Shown here one piece after another: positions 54,703 to 64,000 of a stretch of DNA of 64,000 nt (the stretch's first letter is position 1; each line of letters begins with the position of its first letter). Below the pieces are notes generated by a model. The model was not told the DNA's origin. It worked only from the letters and a program-made list of their open reading frames with translations, and made no database searches. The position numbers were made by a program, and so were the translations under genes. Source of the stretch: Trichoplax adhaerens (lineage: Eukaryota > Animalia > Placozoa); NCBI RefSeq assembly GCF_000150275.1, contig NW_002060950.1, positions 2,158,106 to 2,222,105 on the forward strand, given 5' to 3'.

Positions 54703-57700
54703 TTATTGAGAACTTACTTCTGTACTATAATCAAGGTATTCGACGATGGATCGCTATAGTTAGCCATTAAGAAGAAATAATGTTCGGTTAAATTAACTTG
54801 AAACTTGATTGCTTCAAGAAAATGTAAATCACATAAATTCGAATCTTAAGAAGATTAGCAACTAGCTAATACATGAATAACTACCTGATTAGAACGTGAA
54901 TCTGCTTGTAGTTCCGCTTCCAGATTAAAAATAACATTTAAAATTAAATTTTTCACCTGCAAATAATTTATTTTATGAGAAACAAGATCAAAGATCTAAA
55001 TCACGTTACTATTCCGAAGCTATTAATACAAGTACGTATATAACTATTAAACGATTACAACCTGAGATCTTTTTAAGTCTTGACCACTTTCTTTAATACT
55101 GTCAAATAGCCATCGAAGTTTATCAGCTATGCTGGCAATTGCCTGCATTGCATTAGAAATGTATTAAAACAAGATAAAAATAAGATTAGCTCAATTTTAA
55201 GTAATAAGCGTCCAATTACTGAGTATAGAGAAGTAATTACCAAAGACGATATACTACCTTTCTACTGCTATTCTCAAATGGTGATAGTTGTAGCACAATC
55301 ATATTTCGAAAGAATAGAATAAACATGTACAATATATAATAATCAGACTTTTCATCCGGTTTTTGCCAACTGTTAACAATGTTCAATAATTCAGAAACCT
55401 AAGAATTTTAATGACATTCAAATTATTAGTTGTAAATACCCTTACATACCGTATATCTAATTTTAGCATGGGACTCGAAAAAGCGTACTGTTTACAAATT
55501 CGACCGACCCAAGTTGATATTGCTAAAGTTTCAGTCTTACCTGTACTTCACTGAAAACATCATAATGGAAGTTGTAGTTATTACCATTCTCTTTCATTAG
55601 TTTTCTCATCATAGTACAACTAATACACATTATGAAAGCCTTAATGCAACAATGCCATACAAAGCAGAAGATGAATGTAACTAATTATACCTTATATAAC
55701 TGACGATGGATCTACAGGAAATTTAACAATAATAATGATTAGCAATTAGTACATCGTATATTCACTACAAAGTACTACATCAAAATTTATTGCAATAAAG
55801 TTTACCGTCCTCGCTCACAACACGTATCAATTGTAGTTAAATAATAACAATCGTACATATGAGCGGCAATACTGCTGATGCAAGAAGCGATATTGACGGC
55901 CTAAAGAGGATAAAATACATTAATGTACCGAGAATTATGAAGCTGATCCATACAGTAATTTAATTACATTCACAACTCATTTAAAAAATTATCAATTAAG
56001 GTGATCCAAGCGACCTGTAATTTCCAAACTGAATCTTCAAAGCTGTTCATTATATTGTGACAACAAACTGCAATATCTTTTTCCAGACTATATCAAACAT
56101 TACAAGATACAGACTAAAAGTGATTAATTAAGCATATAATATTTTTAATCCTACATAGTTTTACGCTATAGAAAATGCCGATATTTCCACAAGTTACAAA
56201 CCTTCGGTAGTTGTTATCCAAAGCAGTGCTACAAAGTATTACTAGTAGAACTTTTTTTTCCAATACATTGTACTCGTTTGGGCTAAAAATTGTCATAATG
56301 GGTAATACTTAATAGTTTAAAATAATAATTACGGCTACTATAATACGCTCATAGATTAAAAATTATGAGCAAGACTTACCACTCTTTCAAGCAGTTTCCT
56401 AAAAATTTAAAAGTGTACCGCAAGTTTTCTACGTAGTTCGGGCGTGGATCTAGTTATTTCATTGTTTAAAATAGTAGATTTTTTATACCACATTCGAAGT
56501 CGATAGCTAACTACGCGTATATGTATGAAATAATATTAATTCATCGAATTGTTATAATTAGAACGCACCATTAGGTTTAACGGAAGTATCGCGTTGAATT
56601 GGCAAATTAGCCTTTGACCTGCAACGATGTCTAATGTGACATAACCATCGTAAACGATATCAGTTCTTTATTGTCAAATACTCATACCTATGATACATTT
56701 CTTGAATATCAGTCTCTAAATCCAATAAAGACATAATCTTGTCTAGTTCAGCCCCTATAGTTACATTGAAATAATTCAATAGATGTATACCAAAAAAGCA
56801 TGTGGAGCAGGTTTAATTCAAATCTACCGTAACATAACCATGCTTTGAGCAATTTATCAGTAGAGATAATAAAGTCTCGATTGGATGTTTTTCTTTTCTA
56901 TAGTTACATAGGTAGAATAAGTCATCTAGTATGATCAGTACATTAGATCTCTATTAATTTGACTTAAACACAAACCCACCTTTGACGAAAGTGTTGACAT
57001 TAAGAATTGGTAGGCTCCAGTAACTTGCATAGGATAATTGCTATACAGGACTTCAAATCATGGTTAATGAGATACGTATTCAAAGTAGTTGATAAAACGT
57101 CGTGTCTGATAAACTTACTGTCGTTTAAGGCCAATCTTACACAAGTGGGTAGGAGATCAGTATATAACATATCCGATAAACATCTACGCCGAATGACATG
57201 TTGCAGAATAGCTGATATACCTACCAAAAATATTTAGATCAAAATGGTTGACTGACCCCTTCGATACTGTTTGTAGTTATTACTCATAAGTCATGCGCTG
57301 GTGAGAAATAAATCTCATCAAGCAAACCTTGCGGGATATCCACAGATAGTTTATGCAAAAATTGACTCGTTTCATCAGACACAGTTTCAGGGAGAGTAGC
57401 TGCTTGTGTATCTGGGACAGTCTTTAAATAAATGAAGTCAGAATTATATATTTCTTCGTAGATAGCAAAGATATACGAATTTTGTTACACACATAAGTCC
57501 CCGTGAAAAGCGAAACACCCGGATTAATTTCAGGAATCGAAGTGGTATCAGTGCTTTCAACGACCTAGTCGTATTTTATGATAGAACGTAGAAATGCTAG
57601 CCATTCATTCCAATAATAGGATTAGATGCTATCATGCAGTACGCTAATGTAGTCCGTGCAATAATTGATAACAATCAAATTAAGTGATAAGTAACAGTTA

Positions 57701-60050
57701 CAAATATTATAAGATTGGAATTTTTACCGATATTAAGGCATCGCACATATTTTTGCCATCCTTTTCTATAAAACAGAAATAAAAAATAATTATCAAAATT
57801 AATTGCAAACAGAAACTTGCAAGAGTTAATGAAGTATTTCTCGCTCGGCATGGAAACAAAACGATTACTAACATGATGCAGTAATTTACTTTAAGCACTA
57901 ATAATATTTAAGATAGACGAGCCAGGCATTCAGCACAAATCCGTATCTTAAAGTAACAATAATAGTATACGCGTATATATTGCCGAGAAAAAATATCTAG
58001 TTAGCCAATAAGAGTTTACAGGTTATTAAGCAAAGTATGTCGTGATTCAACTATTTAAATAATAAGTACGCAAAGATCCTCACTATTTTGGAATGCATCT
58101 TCGATTGCCTCTTCACGTGTAATTGTTGTCTCCTAATCACAATTAATAACGTCTGTCAACTCTTCGAAAGAGATCTGATTAATTATATACGATTAATCAA
58201 GATGACGATAAAAGCGAATGACATAAAATTTACTAATTTATTTTGAAAAAGATCTTCAATGATAATGATTCAACAAATCAGGCGGAGGTTCTCTATATGA
58301 AGTCAATAAATACAGTGTAGCGCTAACCTGAGTTTTATTTTCGTATTCAGATTGCTCAATTTTTTTCTGCATAGATATGCGTAAGATAAATTGACATGAG
58401 CATATGTATTTCGTTGGTGCTAAATTTATAGTATAGAATATTTTATACATTATTACCCGTTCGGCAGCAATTTCTTTATCTTTCATTTCCTAAAAGTTGA
58501 AACGAAATCAAGGTACAATGTTAGTCTTTATAGTACGAGTCATAGGCTCTTATTTAGGTAATGCATCCGCATTTCGTACCTTAACTTTAATTATTCATTA
58601 GGTATTTATTATAATATACAGAGGAAATGCACTACTAATAGCAGCATCGATCACATTGTTTGCTTACGTGTAATACACAAATGTATCTTAGATAGAAGTT
58701 TAGAATTACCTTATTTTCCTTGTCTTTGACCAGTTGAGAAAGAGAATAATGATATTCCTGTGCTTCCGTATCGGGATTCTCGATATTACCTAACCAAGCC
58801 TATAATTAATATAAAATAAAATATTGCAGTCCCCTAAGTATAACGGCCAAAACCTAAACTCGGGCAGTTACTTGCATACTGTTTATGTATATACGCGTAT
58901 GATGAATCTACTGTACATCCTACAGATGCTTAAAATTATTCCTATAACGCACGTAATTCGTAATACTAGTTTACGATAATGTTATTCTTGAAAGTCTAAT
59001 AAAATCGGTTACGACATCTGTACATACTATCTATATACAGTATAGTTAATTGTTATTATTATAAGGCTGTAAGTTCGGTATTTTACTAGAATGCGATCTA
59101 CAAGGAGAAAGTAGAAAATGACTATCTGCACCTAGACTGGTGTTGCTAATTAATTATATAATTTACATGTATCAAATTTGAAAATTATCCATGGACCTAC
59201 CGTATCTTCAAAAGAATCCAATTCAAGATCCATGCTGTTCGCCGTTCAATGATGGCGCAACATAAACAGTAAATGAAAAAAACATCAGTATGTTGCACCT
59301 GATAAAGCGTTGCGTTCAGAACTAACAACATCGTATTGAGAGGTAAATCGCTTGAAAATCTATCCTTAAAGATCTTAAGTAATAGCGTAGTCCCACACTA
59401 CTGTAGTATGTGATAATATTTCTATGGATATTGTTTAATTGATTGTCATCAGTTACACTGCGTATGCAAGGTTGACAGTTTATGTAAGACACTTAAATTT
59501 CAACTTAATTATCATCAGCTACAGTATGCAAGATTGACTGTTAATATCAGCCATTAAAATTTTAACGGGCTAGTGCTGCTCCTAAGTATTGTAGATCACT
59601 TCAACTTTCAAAATTGAATTCTTTTCAGATCTTGATTCCTGACAACAAATAATCTGCTTGATTTATAAACTCAGCATGGTTGGATTGACAGCAAAGGCTC
59701 ATAATTTTACTGTATTACATACTGTACATATAGGCATTGATGCTAAAGTAAGACTACAAACTATTTCATGAGGTGATCATGTATCATACTTTTCTAATGA
59801 TGTTAATAAAATTTGCGTTGCATAGCTGATGTGCATCATGTATAATCCATACCGCAGTGATTCGCTACTAACTACAGTATTGTCCTATTATCGATTCAGC
59901 TTACTACACAGGTAAACAGGACTATAAAATTGAAGATTGAATCAAATCAATTTCAGGTTAAATGAAGTCAATAGAGATGTTTATTTACCTGCTATTATGA
60001 GCAGGTGAAGATTGCAATGCATTCCCAGTATCGTCACTCATGTCTGACAT
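54703..60050 (-). CDS. SLF2/FAM178-like (SMC5/6 localization factor) protein, many small exons; 5' exons uncertain
   Basis: C-terminal exons splice to ENLRYTFKFLGNCLKEC / PNEYNVLEKKVLLVILCSTALD / AVNIASCISSIAAH..CERGR / KSDYYILYMFIL / FDSIKESGQDLKRSQ / VKNLILNV / RSIVEY. These are collinear with recalled SLF2 motifs NIKYVIKFLGLC, PEGYQDREIMLL, TSRGR, QAYYLTYIL, DIREDARLFYRTK, VKDLVARI and GQLHDF. The N-terminal exons are acidic and low-complexity. Confidence 0.7.
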
Positions 60051-60164
60051 GCCATCTAAATCAAATCGGTAAGTCTTTTTGTCGGCCATGTGGTGCTTTC
60101 CTCTCACAGGCTGATAAATGAGATCAGTAACGAGAAATAAGCTCTTGCGTGCTGTGCAGTATCA

Positions 60165-62736
60165 ATAGGAATGGCGAATATTTCACTTCAACGTTCGAAT
60201 TTTGAGAACCATTAAAAGGCCAAATAGCAATCTTTTGAATTGACTGTAGCTAGATCTACTACTAGTGATTCGTTTCAAATTTAAGATATAAATATAAGTA
60301 TCTCAGCTCTCAGCAGCTGCAGCAGAATTTCTTAGTCCAGAAGAGCTGGAGTTTCGTCAGCAGCAAAAACACCTTCTGTTTGGTAAGCTCGTCAACCTTA
60401 TCAAGGCCAAATTAAGGCAGTAGGAAGTTACCGATAAAGTGAATGATAGATACTGTATAATCTTACTGTATTTGTACGTAGATCAAAGCTTGAACTGATG
60501 GTTTATGATGGGACAGTTATCCAATACGCGTGGTATGTCTTTTAAGGCGCCAATTGGCAACGATGATCGGTCTGCGATGGCTATCCAGCGACACAAATTT
60601 GACTGTCCTGGCTAAAAGTAACACCTAACTGTGCTGAAGTGCTGACCCTCTTGACAGAAGTGCAGCTGTAGCTATATTCAGAATCGAATCAGTATTGACC
60701 AGATTGAAGTTGGAATGGATAGTTTATGATGATTATGAACTTAATGGACTTTTCAAATCGTGCAATGTTTACAACACTTGATCTGCATTTGCTAACGACT
60801 GGCCGAGCTAGTTGAGAACACCTTAACGTGGTGATCGCTTTGACAAAACTACAGCCGACAAAGTTGATAACAGCTATAACCAATAGCTCTCTAGTTGAAG
60901 GATTGGATATGACCCAGATCAAGGCTTGACTTGATGATGGACGATTGTTATCATAGGCTTTTTACGTTGGTAAAAGATCCAAAAATGGCCAACATGCGAT
61001 TGCTGTCCTCTGTAGCAAGTTTGAGAAGTTGGGCCCGTTCTTACCACAGTATAGAAACACTGATGTAGTACGGTAACCGTAGTAACCGTGTAGTGTGTTC
61101 GGCATGATTCTGTGGATCGGGGTAGTTTAGACTGTACAGTCTACGATTCTAATGATGAACAGCCGTGTTATACTGAACTATGTACTGCAGTGTACTGTAA
61201 CAGCACCAATAGTGATGAACCGTCATGGAGCAGTTTATGGCTGGAAATTTGCAATATGGCTAGGCGAGGGATTTGCATCAAATCCAGTAGCCTATCAAGG
61301 TTAAGTGAAGTCCAATAGTCTATTGGACTGGATGCAGAGATTCTTTTTTACTCTCGCTGTAGGCAATACTCAAGTCTTGCAAGTTTTCTCCCTTTCATTT
61401 TTGATATATTTATTTGCAGGCAAACCATGCAATGACGTAACCTTGACAAAAACGAATATGGCGGGAGAAAACGTAGGCATTTATATTGGAGTGTAGTATA
61501 CAGATTCAAGAACGTTAAGGTACGAGTTAGACTCATGCTTGCTACTATGAGATGTTAGTTCATGTCTTTTACAGTTTGATGAAGAGTTGGCAATTCTGAA
61601 TTTCTGGTACACGCTATGGCGTGCGCAAGATCTTCCTTAATAATTCGTTGTTGTGCAGGATCATTCAACTATAAGGGTGTATGTCGGATCTTATGGATGG
61701 TGATGGCTAAGGTAGGAAATGGATTCATACTTGCTATAACGAGCTCTTAAGAAGTCATGGATCATTAAATGTACTCGTAGCCCATGTCTTGATGGCATCA
61801 GCATCAAATATGGATAAAAGATTCCTAGCCCTCAAGCAAGTAATGTGATCTACTATTAACAACAGGAATCAACATCAATATGCTATACGACTCCGCTAAT
61901 ACTGGACGTATGTCTAAAATAAGAATCTAAATTATGGTAGTCATGTTTTGTGTTCGTCAAGCACGTCAATAATCGAGAAAGGTCCTGTTTAACCTTAAAC
62001 AAGTATTATTTATGTACAACTGCTATCTCTTCCATTGGATTGCAACTGTAACTATATTGAATAATACAGTATAGGTAGTAGTCGCGCATCACTATGCTCC
62101 ATTCTATAACTTTATTCTGTGATAATGATCAAAGATTATTTTTGGGGTAAAGCTAATTGCCAATGTATTAAATATGAGCATTTAGCGTCAATATGTACTA
62201 CAGTTCAATAAAGAACTGATAATTCTTCAAACTTCCGTTTCGTGCTTCAATGATGTCGATATTATACTCCTGGAATCATTCCAGCTAATGACACTAGTGA
62301 TGAGTTAGGGTTAAGAATCCATATACACTACAACTCGATCAGCTCACACCATGGTGCGTGGAAGAACTTTGATAATTCAAGTAACTCAACTATTTAAGTA
62401 TATTTCGAATGTAATTGGTGGCAATGGCTAGTTGGATTCTATCAAGGACTCGTTGAATATCCCTGATTACGGTACGAAATGGACTCATGCTTGCTACACG
62501 AGCTCTTAATTCATGGCTCTCAGCTCAATCTAATCAGAATTTGCAATTGTGAAATTCTTGTAGTAAAGATCATTTTGTACTGCAGTGTTGTCGATATTAG
62601 TCCATCAATCCACACACCATGCCGTGCCGTGCACAACATATTCGACAGGAATTCAACTATACGTATCTATTTCGATTTGATGGATGCTGATGGCTGCTTG
62701 GATTTTATCAAGAACTTGTTAGAAGTGGATAATTAA
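60165..62736 (+). pseudogene. Heavily decayed Ser/Thr (Aurora-like) kinase remnant, with a duplicated C-lobe part
   Basis: Frameshifted fragments occur in kinase subdomain order: EWRIFHF..EPLKGQ..VAR (~60168), FKAPI..MAIQRH (~60540), LMDFSNR..VYN..RFDKTTA..LITAITN (~60740-60890), KNGQHAIA (~60983), FCGS/GSLD (~61108), ENVGIYIG and CYYEMLV (~61468-61560), DGCLDFIKNLLEVD (~62690). No intact ORF or catalytic motif. Confidence 0.35.
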
Positions 62737-63014
62737 TACAAAGTACGTGGATCTGTAACAACACAGGACAAGGAATGTCTACTAGACTGATTTTGAGTTG
62801 ATGCGTACATTACTGTAGTTGCCTCATAAAATGTTACCAATGCCGCCAGTATATCGCTTTCATTTTGCAATCAATTTAAGATATCTGGCACAAAACTTCA
62901 TCAGTTTACTATTTACAATTGGCCAGCCCTCGTCTTCATTCATATTTCAGCATTCAAGTAAATTAGAACTGCTGGAGTTTAGAGGTCCATGACTCAGGAG
63001 TGTAACAGGTGCCG

Positions 63015-63600
63015 TATGGAATGGACTCTTGAGATAGCGATCTGATACTATTGGAAAATAAACTGGAAAGAGGTCAAAATTGCAGTAGCTTTTCTCTCAT
63101 AAATCAATGTTTCAACGAATGAGACGAGATCTTTCCTCAATGCAGTCTAGTACATAGGACAAAGGAACGGCCAATTACATCTTCGGTATAACCTGCAATG
63201 AACATATGTATGTCTGAGCTCGTTAATTAATAAGAAAATTTCAGAAATTGAACCAACTCTTATTGTATGCTCAATGGAAAAGGAAATCAATTTAGAAATA
63301 GTAATTTAAGAATGTGATAATATAAAAAATGAGAATCTTCTTCAAAAAGTTATACAGTAAATATTTACGCTGAGTAAGTTTAATACCACCGTAAACTAAA
63401 TGTTTTTTCTTTTGTGTTAATGCATTTTTTTCCATGCCTTCTACAGGAGAGACTCCATTAACAATAATAAATACCATGACAAATTTTGCCACAGCCAATC
63501 ATTATGGACTCGTTCCAAAGCCTAACACATTTTACAATAGGTGAAAAGGGTCAAATTATTTTGACAGGCTGTCGTGCTTTTGCTCCTAGCAGTGAAAACA
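63015..63600 (+). pseudogene. Second decayed kinase remnant (N-lobe to catalytic loop)
   Basis: Fragments EWTLE..TIGK..LERGQ..VAFL (~63019-63098), KLYS (~63347) and H....KPN / FTIGEKGQIILTG (~63500-63570) resemble WxLEDFxIGRPLGKG, LRLY and HRDIKPENLLLGxxGELKIAD. Interrupted by stops and frameshifts. Confidence 0.3.
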
Positions 63601-63639
63601 TCAATTACTTTTCACAAGTAATTTGCACCCAATTGATGC

Positions 63640-63970
63640 ATGCAAACGATTACAGTATATTCAAGTATAACTTCCGTAACAATGTAGTAAAGGAGTAATT
63701 AGTTTATTGCCTTTTAAAATTATTTCAAAAGCTATGACAGACAGACAGCTCAAGGTGTAGAGGATTATATAATATAGTTTGCACCTAGTTGATGGGGATT
63801 AGCAGATTTCGTACCGATACGATTGCATGATAACGATTTTACAGTATACTGGTATTCAAGTACAACTTCCGTAATAATAATTTTAATGTAGTACAGGGGT
63901 AATTGGTTTATTGCCTTTAAAATCATTTCAAAGCTATAATAGATAACTCAAGATTTAGAGGATTATATAA
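63640..63970. repeat. Two direct copies of a ~130-145 bp segment (~190 bp period)
   Basis: aacgatt..acagtat..attcaagta(t/c)aacttccgtaa...gtttattgccttt..aaaat..tttcaaa.gctat...tagaggattatataa at ~63645 and ~63832. Confidence 0.85.
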
Positions 63971-64000
63971 GGATACCACCAACTCATTAACCAGTACATT

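Overview
AT-rich, intron-dense eukaryotic genomic DNA with short GT-AG introns. The compact architecture and metazoan gene set fit an early-branching animal such as a placozoan (inference only). Genes reconstructed by manual splicing, in order: the 3' half of a GAF-type cyclic-nucleotide phosphodiesterase (PDE11/PDE5-like, +), exosome subunit EXOSC1/Csl4 (-), a C6orf163-like coiled-coil protein (+), a small spliced gene with a Cys-rich segment and a CUE/DMA-like domain (+, main exon absent from the ORF track), MAP9-like (-) head-to-head with HEATR4-like (+) around RFX X-box motifs, two tandem ZIP4/ZIP12-like LIV-1 (SLC39A) metal transporters (-), an SLF2/FAM178-like gene (-), and heavily decayed Aurora-like Ser/Thr kinase remnants (+). 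Several tandem arrays and fold-back hairpins lie in introns and intergenic DNA. The ZIP pair is the most unusual element. Both paralogs have an internally duplicated ectodomain with His-rich linkers, a conserved furin-type RRKR site, an HELPQELGD transport-site motif instead of HELPHELGD, and a His cluster in the TM7-TM8 loop rather than the TM3-TM4 loop. All family assignments come from recalled motif similarity, not database searches, and exon boundaries are approximate.
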